From NCBI GenBank assembly GCA_964016885.1, contig OZ024741.1, forward strand, positions 105,400,001-105,464,000: DNA of 64,000 bases, in the 5' to 3' direction. This stretch comes from Eledone cirrhosa (lineage: Eukaryota). Both the position numbers and the translations under genes were made by a program. The notes beneath the pieces were generated by a model that was given only the letters and a program-made list of their open reading frames with translations, did no database searches and was not told the DNA's origin. Shown here piece by piece: positions 1-14,374 of this stretch. The stretch's first letter is position 1. The number at the start of each line of letters is the position of its first letter.

Positions 1-2450
1 TCCAAAGGCCTTTCAAAGAAACCCCATTTCAGCTGCTTGTATTCTTTTGGTCATTACCCAAGATTCATGACCATAGGCAATGGTTGTCACAAAAACTGAA
101 TTGAGGATAGCGAGTTTGTCTTTTACACCTATCTCCCTTCTTCTGATTACCGAATGCTGAAGTTGGCACATTACTGCACCAGCTCTTGTAATTTTTGCAC
201 TTAATTCAGCCTCCTGCCTTCCATCACTCGTGAACACAGCTGCAAGATATTTTAACTTCTGCACCTCCTTCAGTGGAACTCCATTCACTATGCAGGCTTC
301 CTTGAGAGGACGCATGTCTCAGTCTTCGCACCACTAATTTTCATTCCATCCGCACAGCACTCAACATCAAACATATCAAGTGTATGATCAACTTCTGTCG
401 AGGTAATACCATGTAGTCATCAAATTCCAGCAAACTGATCCTACACCTGCCAGACGTAATACTAGTTCCAACCCAGCTGCACATGTCAATCTTGTTCATG
501 TAAATGTTTCTACTTTTGGCACAAGGGCAGCAATTATCCCAGTGCATTACTGGTACTTTATTTTGTCGACCCCGTAAGGATGAAAGGCAAAGTAAACCTC
601 TATGCTGCAAAGCATGGCGTCCAACCTTCTATCAATACTGCCAATCCACGGCCTTGTAAATAATGAACAAGAGATGTGACAGTATGCACCCATGGCAGAG
701 TCTGACCCTCACATAGAACGGTTTTGATTTAGCACCATTTATCCAAACACAAATACTCAGGCATTTGTATAGAGGCATCAGGGAAACAAGAAGCTGACCA
801 CTGATCCCTTACTCCTGCAGAATCTTTCACAGCAGGTCCTGTGGAACATGCTTTTCAAAGCCTACAAAGCAAGTATACACCTCTTGGCAGTACTCCCATG
901 ATTTCTCAAAGATCTGCCACAGTGTGAGTATTTGGTCGACTGTGCTGTTTCCAGGGCGAAAACTACACTGTTCATCAGCTAGCTTGGACTTGACAATCTC
1001 CCTTTGCTATAGACTTTCCGGGGAGGCTTAACATGGAGATCCCTCTATAAATGGAGCAATCTCTCTTGTCTCTCTTTTTGAAAATTTGGATTATCACTCC
1101 TGATTGCCATTGCTTAGGTGCTTTTCCAGAGATCCAGGCCACCTATCACATATGAGTCAGCCAGAAAATACCTTTTCTATTTAAAGTTTTTAACATCAAA
1201 CGCATTCCTGATAGCAGGTGTAGAGGTGGACTTCTTATAATGAAGTTAGCGGGTTGTCTGCTAGAACACTTTATTTGCTGATCTGAAGTCAAATTCCAGC
1301 TTAACCCCAAAGTCATTCCCATTTCTTAACTCTGGATGCCTTTACTGTCTCTCCTGTGATTCTTTGTGCCTGCTTGTACCGCATGTGCAAGAAGGACTTA
1401 TTTCCAAGCCAAGCTTTGTAGGCCTCCTTCTTTGCTTGGGTGACATCTTTGACCTCTTGATTGATCCAAGGTATCCTCCTGCCATCCTCCATCACACCAA
1501 GCTTCTTTCACCCACAGCATTTAACAGCTGAGCTGAACAATTTTTACTGTGTTCAGGGTGTTCTCTGTATTTGGATGCAATAGAATCTGCATGTCGGGTC
1601 TTGACTTACTTATCCAACAGCACACCCAGTTTATTCTGTAAATTGACCTGGACCTACCGGTTTTTGTGGACATATTTTACAGATAACTAGATTGTAATCA
1701 GTTGACAGCTCAACCCCTCTCTTAACACAAACATTCAGCACAGAATCAAAAAGATCTGAGACAATAACAAAATCAATTATTGACCTCTCTCCCTGATTCC
1801 CCTTATATCATGTATATTTATGGATGTTTCTGTGCTGGAAAAAAGTGTTCACAAGAGAGTCCATTGCTAGAACAGAAGTCTAATGAGACTCCTCCATTCA
1901 TATTTAGATTCGGATTGCCATTCCTTCCAATCACTCCTTTCCATGTCAGGAGGTCTGTGCCAACATGTGCATTGAAGTCTCCCATTAGGATATATGACTC
2001 AGTCATAACTACATTGACTTCATCAAGGAAGGATCTGTATTGAGATTCCTTGTTTGGTGCATAATCTTGCACCACCCACACAGACCTATCTTTCAGCCTA
2101 AGCTTCATGAGGCAAATCCTCCCTCCTGGCGGTATCCAGTCCATAACACATTCTGATATCTGGGGGTTTCTTTGTATCCCCACTCTCATCTGGTCAGTCA
2201 TCTCTAGTGCCACACTTGAATAGTGAAGTTTCCATCCTCTATCCTAATCTACAGTACAATTCTACGGAACTTTGTTGAGGAACCCCAACTATATCTAACT
2301 GGTAGAATCAAGCCTCCTCCTCCTTAACTGTAAGGGAGGTGATGCTCCAGGTTCCAACTGTCAAGGTTTGCTCCCTTGCGAACCCTCTTTGGGATCTCAG
2401 GATACGCAATCTTTGTGCATCCACACCTTCATCACCAGTTTTTACAGTAT
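1..2450 (-). mobile_element. Decayed RTE-clade LINE (family lacking the PHD insert): APE endonuclease and RT remnants
   Basis: ORF fragments 1818-2213 (YAPN...MGDFNAHVG, endonuclease), 1313-1495 (PWINQEVK) and 13-315 (KYL...YGHESWVMT..IQAAEMGFL). Many stops and frameshifts. Interrupted by a SINE at about 505-655. Confidence 0.8.
505..655 (-). mobile_element. SINE family A fragment (internally deleted)
   Basis: Reverse complement of the ctttgcctttcatccttacggggtcga...ccttgtgccaaaagtagaaac core seen in other copies. Confidence 0.8.
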
Positions 2451-3322
2451 GAAATAGACTGCAATATATTTTTCAAAATCCCCTCTACCTAAGGCCTGAA
2501 CGCGTCTTGCTCACCTACACAAAGGACAACGCAGCATGATTCTTTTCTTACCTCTCACCATATTGCAGTTTTGGTGGTCTTATTTGCGCCAGTCACCAAT
2601 CAAGTACTTTCCAAAACCCGCGAAGACTAAGCTTTTTTAGAGGCAACCTTTACTCGCCTTGTCATACCTTCATCACTGGGTTGTGAGAGTTTTCTTGGGT
2701 GCTAAAGATGTCACCCATTGCTCCATCTGCCCTAATACTTCACCACTGTTGGTCCAATTTTACTTATTCGTCTGGCAGGTGCCCCCTTATATCGTAACAA
2801 ACCATCATATCTAGTGGCTATATTACTAAACACCACCTCATTCTGTAGCAGAACAGCTATGCCGAAAATGATTATATATAGTTCAAGATAAACAAGACGA
2901 ACACAGGGATACAATATAACACAAGGTTTTATAATATGCTTGTTGGGAAAGAAAAATGAATGTTTCAATGTATCAGTATCAGACGTAAGTCATTTATCGG
3001 GAAAGAACAAAGTTTGGAGAAAAAGGACGTGGGAAAGTTTTTTTTGATGTGGGCAAATTGTCCAGCAGGTAGGGACGAGTGCCAAAGCGAAGAGTACTGC
3101 TCTATATCCAGTGTGTATACAGTTATAAACTAAGTTTATAATCCACAAATATGGGTTTACCAAATATTTTAGAGAATATTTCTCAATATAAGAGCACATT
3201 TGTAGCTCACACGATGACAATACAAAGAGAATCACTTCCAACATTTTTCACCATGATAAATGTTTTCTAACGTGTAGTTATTGGTAGACAATTAGTTTAT
3301 ATTGGCAAGAGGATTTCTGTTT

Positions 3323-4312
3323 TCACAAGTCTTCTCTAAAGTGTATATTGTGTTTGTGTCTTTTTAAAAGAGTGTTCGTAATAAATGATTTATCACATAG
3401 TTCACAGTGGTAGGGTTTTTCGCCAGTGTGGCTACGTATGTGGATAACAAGACTAGAATTTTGAGTAAAAGATTTTTCACATATTTCACAGTGGAAGGGC
3501 TTTTCTCCCGTGTGAATTTTTTTGTGCGTTGTTAAATTAATGTTAGAGACAAAAGATTTCCCACATATTTCACAGCAATAAGGTTTTTCTCCAGTGTGAC
3601 TACGTATGTGGATGGTAAGCTTGGAATTTTCAATAAAAGATTTTCCACATATATCACAGTGAAACGGGTTTTCTCCACTGTGTATTCTTTTGTGTTTTGT
3701 TAAATTACTGTTATAGACAAAATATTTCCCACATATTTCACAGTGATAGGGTTTTTTTCCAGTGTGTATTTTTTTGTGAACTATGAGACTAGAATTAACA
3801 AAAAATGATTTCCCGCATATTTCACAGTGGAAAGATTTTTCTCCAGTGTGTCTGCGTTTGTGGATAACAAGACTAGAATTCTGAGTGAAAAATTTTCCAC
3901 ATATATCGCAATGATAGGGCTTTTCTCCAGTGTGGCTACGTTTGTGAACTACAAGACTAGAATTTACAGTGAACGAGTTACCACATATTTCACAGTGATA
4001 CGGTTTTTCTCCAGTGTGTATTCTTTTGTGAACTATAAAATGAGAATTATCAGAGAAAGATTTCCCACATATTTCGCAGTGAAATTGTTTTTCCCTATAG
4101 TGTATTTTTGTGTGTGTGAACACTTCATGTTCTGAAGAAAAATATTTCCTACAAATCTCACAGCAATAATCAGTAACGTTTTTGTGTAATGATGTTCGTT
4201 CAGTAAATGTTTCACTAAGTAAAGTTTTCTCACCATTGTATGTCTGTGTATCAGAACCTATATTGGTAAAATCAGTTGTGTTTGAAGTGTCCAAATAATT
4301 ACCATCCTCCAT
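3323..4312 (-). CDS. C2H2 zinc-finger protein, 10 tandem fingers, 329 aa from the ATG at 4312
   Basis: Ten CxxC-x12-HxxxH-type units with TGEKP-type linkers in an open frame. The ORF track starts at TTG 4330, but the first ATG is 4312, preceded by a pyrimidine tract and AG (possible acceptor for a 5'UTR intron). Confidence 0.88.
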   Translation of the reverse strand: MEDGNYLDTSNTTDFTNIGSDTQTYNGEKTLLSETFTERTSLHKNVTDYCCEICRKYFSSEHEVFTHTKIHYREKQFHCEICGKSFSDNSHFIVHKRIHTGEKPYHCEICGNSFTVNSSLVVHKRSHTGEKPYHCDICGKFFTQNSSLVIHKRRHTGEKSFHCEICGKSFFVNSSLIVHKKIHTGKKPYHCEICGKYFVYNSNLTKHKRIHSGENPFHCDICGKSFIENSKLTIHIRSHTGEKPYCCEICGKSFVSNINLTTHKKIHTGEKPFHCEICEKSFTQNSSLVIHIRSHTGEKPYHCELCDKSFITNTLLKRHKHNIHFREDL

Positions 4313-5148
4313 ATTAACTTTTAAAAGCAAAGAAATGTCTGTGAGTATAATATATTATAATTCAGTTTCTTGTGTTGGATATCCTGGGACTGTGTTTACA
4401 TGATATAATTAAATGAGATTAAGTATAATATAGTATAGTTCAGTTCCTTATCTTGGCAAATATACAATGTAGAGATATTTGTTTTAGTATTCTGTTTACA
4501 TGTGAAATAATTCGATGAGGCGAAGTTTAAAACAAAAATATTTAAGGTGGCCAATACTTCCCCGCCTGAATAATACCGGTGATATACTTTAAAAGTTCCT
4601 CATGTAATTTTATGTATTGACATTCAACATCAATTATACTAACTACCGTACATAACTCATTGTTTATAGACAAATGAGTAATATTCAGTTTCTTTAAAAG
4701 ATTATAACAAAGCTGTCTTTATGGATTGTATGTATGTATACAGAGAGGGAGGTGGGGAATTTGTGGGTGTGATCTAATTTAGGTCTGATATCTAGTAGTG
4801 AATAAGATGTGACCTATGCTTTCAATTACTTCGGACCTCGTCTGACATTTCGACCCAAATCCACTTCAGTAAAAAAAAAAAAATACCGAGTCTAATAGTC
4901 CTCCTTATAGAACCCCTGGTAACCATATGAATGATCTAACCTAGGACAACGAATATCGGTCTAGGGTTAAACAACAGCTGACAACATTGAACTCTCTATT
5001 GATTAGAGGTGAGTTCTTCTCACATAATCATTGATACTTCCGGTATCTCTGCAACGCTCGTATTTTTCTCTTTTACTTATTTGCTTATACCGTGTTTGTA
5101 AGAACTAATTAAATCCTGTAATTAACTGTTCATTATTATAGATATCCC

Positions 5149-5290
5149 ATGCTTTGCAGCATAGAGTTATGTCCATTTATGATCTGAGTTCAAATCCCGC
5201 CGAGGTTAACTTTGCTTTCATACTTACGTAGTCGATAAGATAAAGCACGAGGATAATTGCTGGACTTGTGCCCAAAGTAGAAACAATTAT
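5149..5290 (+). mobile_element. SINE family A, 5'-truncated, 18-bp TSD attattatagatatccca
   Basis: B-box gagttcaaatccc, conserved core and 3' end gtgcccaaagtagaaacaatt. Direct repeat on both sides. Confidence 0.85.
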
Positions 5291-5843
5291 TATAGATATC
5301 CCACAAAAAGCACTTGAAATTTCAAGTGTCGCTACTTCAATATATTCCCCATTAATTAATCTTATAATTACATTTTTATAGAAACCAATTTCGATTTTCA
5401 CCAAAAGAACCAGACATTTTACACTTTGTCTCACCTCTACTTGACTACCTCACCCTCATATAAACTACCTAAAGTTAATATGACTCACCACGAAACTAAA
5501 TATAATACACATATGGGTGTTTCATTGCTGCACACCTTACTAGATAGTCACCAAATGTAATATTCTATCTTACACTATCAATAATTTATCATAAATATTT
5601 CTTTAAATAATTTACAATTGTCGAGTACAGATTTTCTGATAAAACAATTTCAATTAATGTTATGATCTTTAAACGAATGTCACCGGGGAATAAAATTGTT
5701 AACGACACTTTGTCTTATTCCACCTAAAGTTACATAGTATCTACATCACACGTAAACACAGTCCCAGTATATCCAACACAAGAGACTTAACTATAACATA
5801 TACTCAGACATTTCTCTTATTTATGAATTTCAGAAGAATTTAT

Positions 5844-7240
<1,397 letters not shown>

Positions 7241-7279
7241 TTTCTGAATTATGAACTTGTACTTAATAAATATATACAT

Positions 7280-7578
7280 AAAATGGTAAAGACCCCCTTT
7301 GGCCATGAATGACCATAGGTTTTGCAACTGGAAAGGCACAAGCCCAGGTAAGGTGTTTTTTGTGGAAAATCAGCAGCTCTCTCCATGGCATTGATGTTTA
7401 AAGGAAAGTCAAAAACTGATACAACTTGGCACCAGTGATGTTGCAACTCATCTTTTACAGCTGAGTGGACTGGAGTGACGTGAAATAAAGTACCCTGCTC
7501 AAGGACAACACACCACTCTGTCTGGGAAACCTCATGATTGTAAGCCCAGGTTTCTAACCACTAAGCTATGCACCTTTA
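7280..7578 (-). mobile_element. tRNA-derived SINE family B (related fragments at about 30225-30385 and 63700-63865)
   Basis: Reverse strand reads ggtgcatagcttagtggttaga (A-box-like), then ...gtccttgagcag...ccagtccactcagctg core. Confidence 0.65.
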
Positions 7579-7582
7579 CATA

Positions 7583-8763
7583 TACAAAAGTAAGGGTATT
7601 GATTTTCTTATGTACAACAGGGTAACGCAGTACCTCGATGTATATAGGTGTGTTAGTTATGACCTTGGCTGCATGAACATACTTGTTTCCACATGATCGT
7701 GAGTTATTGCTGTTTATGTACAGATGTGTTTATAACGTTATGTTATGATACGTGATCAAATTTTGTACGAAACTCAACAAATCTGCCACCAAAACATTTA
7801 ATTCTTTAACATAAGCTTATAGAGATGCCATTCAATCGAGAAGTAGGGTTTTTATGTGGTACAAAGCTTTCAAAGGGGGCTGAGAAAATGCTGAAGACAA
7901 ACCTCATCTGAAAGGCCAATCTCGTCAACAAATGACTAAAATGTGGAAGTGGTGATGGTGATAGATTGCCAATTAAGTGTTAGGTTGAGTGCAGAAGAAA
8001 TAGGCTTGGAAGTTCACAGAATTTTAACATGAGAAAAATTAGTGCCCAAAACACTTGTTTGTGGAGCAACAAGTGAGCCTGTTGAAAATTTGTCAGGATT
8101 TACTAGAAAGACTCGAAATTGAGCCAAATTTCTTGGATAAAGTAATAACAGGAGATGAATGATGGGTGTTTGAGTATGATCCAGAACAAAACTGCAAAGT
8201 GAGGAGTGGTACACAAAAAATTCTCATGAAGAAAGCATGCACTAGCAGATCCAGCGTGAAAACTGTTTTTGACAGCCGTGGTATTGTTCACAATTTTTAT
8301 CTCTGGACAGACAGTTAATCACACCTACAAAGATATCTTGGAACGACTGAGTCCAGCGAGTCATGAAGGACATTGCAGGAGATTGGGTACTGCATCACGA
8401 TAGTGTGCCTGCACACAGCACTTTCAATTAGAGAATTTCTAGCAAAGAAAAACATTCCCACTCTTCCACATCCTCCCTACAGCCCAAATCTAGCCCCATG
8501 TGATTTCTACCTCTTCTCTAAATTGAAGTTGAAAGATCATCATTTTGGGACTGCGGAAAACATATAAAAAATGTTAATTGACAAGCTAAGGACACTCACA
8601 GAAAATTACTTCCAGTATTAGTAAGATGAATTCATAAAAAACATTGGAACCACTATGACTTCCCAAAGATTGTATTTTGAAGGAGATAACCTGTAGTTTC
8701 ATGTACACCTAATATACATTTAAATAAAACATCAGTACCCTTACGTTTGGGATAAACCTTGTG
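7583..8763 (+). mobile_element. Decayed mariner (Tc1/mariner) DNA transposon
   Basis: Translated remnants YVIKFCTKLNKSATKTF, VITGDE*WVFEYDPE and HTALSIREFLAKKNIPTLPHPPYSPNLAPCDFYLF. TIR remnants aagtaagggtattgat (about 7588) and atcagtacccttacgtt (8731). Confidence 0.88.
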
Positions 8764-9654
8764 TTGAGTTCTCATTATTCTATGAATTCTAATACACTCT
8801 TCTTTGCTGTCCACCTGATGCTAAAAAGCACATAGATGTCTCATTTATTCCAGCATGATGTTACTTAACACATGAGTCAATTTTCAGCTGAACTCCTAAT
8901 GGATAGCCTATATTTTGAAGTACTAAGAAAGTCTTTTATTCACTAATACGGTTACTAGTATATTTTTTTCTTTATGGTTTGAAACAGCTGTAATTGGTAT
9001 AATTAGTAATGATAGTAATAATTTTATGTTCTGATTATTTTCTGCCTTGTTATATGCATTACAAAATATAATTATTGTTATTTCTGGAATATAAGTATAG
9101 TTTAGAATGTGATATATTTTGGACTCTAATTTCCATTGAGCTTTTATAGAACACCAAAATCAAGATGTTTTTATTTTGTTTTATTTATGCTTATTTTATA
9201 TTTATATATTTGTTTTAATAATCAGTGTTGGTAGAGCCAAGCAAATGACCAACTATGGTGTAATCAAATGTAAGCACTCCATGTCATGAGTATCATAAGG
9301 TATATGATATCAGTCTCAATATTTAGGGAAAGAAGGTATGTTGTCAATTCAGGTTCCAGCAGGCATATACTGGAACATCCCTTTGACGGCAGGCATATCA
9401 AAAGCCAAAAAGAAAAACATTGTTTATATTTTAAAACCTGCCTGACAACAACGCATTAAATAACTATTACATAATGACATTTTAAAATCTTTGAAATGTA
9501 CATAACAGGCGTGATGTAATACACTGAATTTGAATATACAAAATCGTTTCTCTTTTTTTTCTTAATATATGTAGATATATAATACATATATAACGAACTA
9601 AGGAAAAAATCGTTTCTCTTTTTTTTCTTAATATATGTAGATATATAATACATA

Positions 9655-10335
9655 TATAACGAACTAAGGAAAAAATTAGAAATAAGAGGGATCAGATGTT
9701 GTTTACTCGAGAGAAGGCTACGTTGGTATGGACACGTGATGCGCATGAAAGTCGATAGCTGTATAACAAAGTGCAGAGCAATAAAGATAGACGGTAGCCA
9801 CGGAATAGGCATACCTAGAAAAACCTGGGACGAGCTGATAAACTCCGACCTCACACACTTACACCTCTCCAAGACAATGTCACTGGACTGAGACCTTTGG
9901 CGGTACTCAGTAACAGAGAAGACCCGCCTTACCTAAATACATAGTAAAACCTACTACAGCCAGTAGGCATCTCTAACAAAATACCCCCGTCCCACCACCC
10001 CCACCCCCACCCCATCCACACCACCCCGTTCTATGTAAAGTTATGTTGGTGCCACACCATCCAGGCCGAAACAAATGAGATCGTGTAGGTGTCACGACAA
10101 AAAAACACACAGTCCACGCTGTAATGTGGCCGTGTAGGCAACACGGTAAAAACCTCCCAGACCCACACTGTAAATGTGGTTGGTGTTAGGAAGGGCATCC
10201 AACTGTAGAAAACCTGCCAGACAGTCCTATGCGAGCAAGACAATCACTCTTGCCTCAAGTGGGACTACCCCCATCCAAACCCATGCAAGCGTGGAACACG
10301 GACGTTAAACGTTGATGATGATGATGATGATGATA
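9655..10335 (+). mobile_element. 5'-truncated RTE LINE (subfamily like 30405-31320) with 3'UTR and (GAT)n tail
   Basis: Encodes ...RRLRWYGHVMRM...KTWDELI...TRLT*. Ends aacccatgcaagcgtggaa...gatgatgat. Confidence 0.85.
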
Positions 10336-10336
10336 T

Positions 10337-13300
10337 ACAGGAGCAGTAAGTAGCAAGAGCTCTCAGGATACAATCGCCTTTAAATACCCAGAGGGCTCTG
10401 TAGAAGTGGTAGATAGATTCTGTTACCTGGGTGACCAAATCAGCAGTAGAGAAGGGTTTCTGAAAGCACAGTAACCAGAGTGAGATCGGGTTGGAGAAAG
10501 TTCAGGGAGCTACTAACGCTGCTAACTACAAAAGATTTTGCCCTCAAAATGAAAGGCAGACTATGATGCATGTATACGATCAACAGTGTTGCACAGCAGC
10601 GAGACCTGGGCACTGTGTGCTGAGGACCTGTGAAGATTGGAAAGAAATGAAGCCTCCATGCTTCAATGGATGTGCAATAGCAATATACACAAATGGACTG
10701 CATGAGAAATTAGGCATAAGAGGGATTAGATGTGTGGAGGAGAGGAGATTGAGTTGGTATGGATATGAAGATGGGGAAGGCAACCGGTCCATCGGGTATA
10801 GCTGCCGAGATGCTGAAGGCATCTGGGTCTGTAGGTCACACTATAACCACACGTATCGTTAACCAGGTAATACTAGAAGGGGCCATACCAAAAGATTAGT
10901 GCAGTAGCATCATTGTCAACTGCTACAAAGGTAAAGGCGATGCACTAGATAGAGGAAACTATAGAGGTATAAAGCTGATGGACCAGGTCATGAAAGTAAC
11001 AGAAAGAGTTATAGCACAGTTGATTAGGGACCGGGTGAAAATAGACGAGATGCAATTTGGGTTTGTACCAGGAAGAGGCACCACTGATGCCCTCTTCCTT
11101 GTGAGGCAATTACAGGAAAAGTACCTAGCTAAAAGTAAGCCACTCTACTTGGCATTTGTCGACCTTGAGAAAGCCTTTGACAGAGTTCCACGTGCTGTAA
11201 TCTGGTGGGCTCTTAGAAAACTAGGAGTAGATGAATGGCTTGTGAAAGCGGTACAAGCCATGTATAGGGGAGCAGTCAGCAAAGTTAGGATTAGCAATGA
11301 GTATAGCGAGGAATTTAGCGTACAGGTTGGGGTCCACCAGGGCTCTGTTCTTAGCCCTCTCCTGTTCATCATAGTCCTGCAGGCAATAACGGAGGAGTTT
11401 AAGACCGGATGCCCATGGGAACTCCTGTATGCTGATGACCTCGCACTCATAGCTGAATCTATGGTAGAACTAGAGAATAAATTCCAAACCTGGAAGCAGG
11501 GACTAGAAAGAAAGGGTCTCAAAGTCAACATGACAAAGACTAAGGTCCTTGTAAGTAGACGAGAAAACAGAACCCAGATCCCCTCAGGGAAATGGCCTTG
11601 CTCAGTATGTAGGAAAGGTGTAGGTAGGAACTCCATTCTCAGCCCCAAATGCAAACAATGGGTACACAAGAGGTGTAGCGGGATCTCAGGAAGCTTAATT
11701 AAGAATGTAGGATTCACATGCAGCAGCTGTGCTGAGACAGCAAGCAGCAAACAGCCACAGGAAACAAGTACCACCAATCTCTGGGAGGGCCCTGTAGAAA
11801 CAGTAAACAGCTTCTGCTACCTAGGTGACCGAATTAGCAACGGAGGTGGGTGTTCAGAAAGTACAATAACTAGGGTAAGAACGGGATGGAAGAAGTTTAG
11901 GGAACTACTACCACTGCTAGCTGCAAAAGGCTTCTCCCTCAGAATGAAAGGCAGACTGTATGATGCGTGTATCCGAACAGCGATGTTGCATGGTAGTGAG
12001 ACCTGGGCGCTGAAGGTGGAAGACTTACGTAGATTAGAGAGAAACGAAGCCTGCATGCTCCGATGGATGTGTAACAGTAATATACGTGAACGACAAAGCA
12101 TAAATGAATTGAGAGAGAGACTGAGCATAAGAGGAATCAAATGCTGTGTGCAGGAGAGGCAGTTGCGCTGGTATGGACATGTGATGCGTATGAAGGATGA
12201 CAGCTGCATAAAAAGGTGCAGAGCACTAGAAGTTGATGGAAACCGCGGAGTGGGGAGACCCAAGATGACCTGGGATGAGGTGATAAAAGCCAACCTTACC
12301 CAATTACACCTCTCAAAGACAATGACATACGACCGTGACTTCTGGCGTCACGCAGTAATACAGAGTACCCGACCTCCCATGGGTACAAGCTGAAGCATAT
12401 AGACAATATGCCCCCACACCCCCCACCGCAAGGTGGTCGTGGAGGTGCCACGGCAAAAAAGCACCCAGCCCACACTGTAAAGTGGACGTGTAGGCGCCAC
12501 GAAAAAGCACCCAGCACTCACTGTAAATGAGGTTGGTGTTAGGAAGGGCATCCAGCTGTAGAAATCAAGCCAGATCAGTTCCTGTATGAGCAAGGCATGG
12601 TCAGCCGACCAGACACTGCCCACAACAGGACAACCCGTCTAACCCATGCTAGCGTGGAAGAACGGACGTAAAACGGTGATGATGATGATGATGATGATGT
12701 GATGCATATGAAGGATGACAGCTGTATAAAAAGGTGCAGAGTGCTCAAAGTTGACAGTAGCCATGGAGTGGGTAAATCTACAAAGAGTTGGGATGAGGTA
12801 ATAAAAACTGACTGCATAATTACACCTCACTAAGGCAATGACATAACACCGTGATCTCTGGCGCTATGTAGTATTACAGAAGACCCGCCCTCCCATATGC
12901 TCAAGCTGAGGCATATATCTAGTAAGCTACACCACCTCCTACCATCTCCCCTCCCTTGCTTTAATTATCCCACCCTTATACCACCTGCATCCCCAATTTC
13001 CTCAAGCATCTTCCTCACATCACCCAAGTTCCCAGCACCCCTATAAAGAGGTCCCCGTAGAGCCACGACAAAAGTGCCCAGCCCAAACTGTAAAGTGGTT
13101 GTGTAGGTGTCATGACAAAAAGCACCCAGGGCACACTGTAAAGTGGTTGTGTAGGTGTCACGGCAAAAAACACCCAGCACACTGTAAATGTGGTTGGCAT
13201 TAGGAAGGGCATCCAGCCATAGGAACCAAGCCGAAATCAGTTCTGTGTGAGTAAAACACAGTCCCCCAACCTAATCTCTCACAAAAGACTGCCTGTCCTA

Positions 13301-13345
13301 CTCATGTTAGCATGGAAAATGGACGTTAAACGATGATGATGATAC
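10337..13345 (+). mobile_element. Older RTE 3' fragment, split by a younger RTE (halves 10337-10765 and 12699-13345)
   Basis: The W-Y-G-x / VMHMKDD motif is interrupted at about 10765 and resumes at 12699. It has its own 3'UTR and (GAT)n tail at about 13330. Confidence 0.8.
10762..12698 (+). mobile_element. Young 5'-truncated RTE, near-identical to the 3' half of the intact element at 38382-42104 (ORF 10978-12393: RT plus PHD)
   Basis: The 471-aa ORF is almost identical to the C-terminus of the 1039-aa ORF. TGG>TAG stop at about 10896. Same 3'UTR and (GAT)n tail. Confidence 0.92.
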
Positions 13346-14374
13346 ATATATATTATTTATTTGGCAGCATAAACATTGGATTTTATACTCTTTTGCAGAA
13401 TGCAGAGTATGTAATTGCATGTCTGTGGCATGCCAGTATTTGAGCAACAGAAGGCCATCAACATTTTTATTTTAAGATTTATATAGACTCAAATTTAAAT
13501 CCTCCCCTCTTAGCATACATTTTCCAAACCTAAATGCTACTCTAGACTGGTTTATCAATAAGCCATTTTCTCGTCTTCCCACCCCCGCCTACATACTTTG
13601 CAATGATAAATGTGCAAAAAAAGGAGAATAAAGAAAGAACTAAGAGAAACGAGGAAGCTATGGATATGGTAAGTGTAATGATGATAAAGTTGATTATTGG
13701 AATTAGTAAAATAAGCAAGAGGAGTGAAGTTTTGAGTGATGATAAATAGAAAACAACTTCAGTGGCTATATCAATTTTGCTTTCCTTTTCTTGGCTTTTC
13801 TCTTTTCATAACTTCCTTTTTTCCCCCCTTACATACCCATTCAAAAATACTTACCCCCTTGAGTCTTCCCCTATTTATACTGTTTTTCTTGTTGAAAATT
13901 TAGTCTTGTCTGATCCTGTTAGAGCATCAGTGAAATTCCATATTAACAAGGTTCACCACCTACATGTCTTACTTCACCCACATGTCTTATCAGTGACCTG
14001 CAGTATATTGTCCAGTAGGAACTTCCAATTAATGTATAATGTAAACTTCTAGAGCTATCCAAAATCACCACTTAGTTATTCTGTTCTTACAACAATTAAT
14101 CCACATCATTTATATCATTGTTAAAGTATAAAGATTCAGCTAGAATATAAGTCTGTTTGAACTGCAACCATGCTTGAACTGCAACCATGCTTGAACACTA
14201 TTGTCATCTTTTAGCTTATTGTATTTTACTCACGATTTCATATATTATTCCTAAGGGTCATCTGAACTTGATTGTGAATTACTCTTGCAATCTTCATTTT
14301 ACACCACCACCACTGCTGCTACTGCCACTGCCACCGACGACGCTGTCACTGCCACAGCCACCACCACCAGTGTA

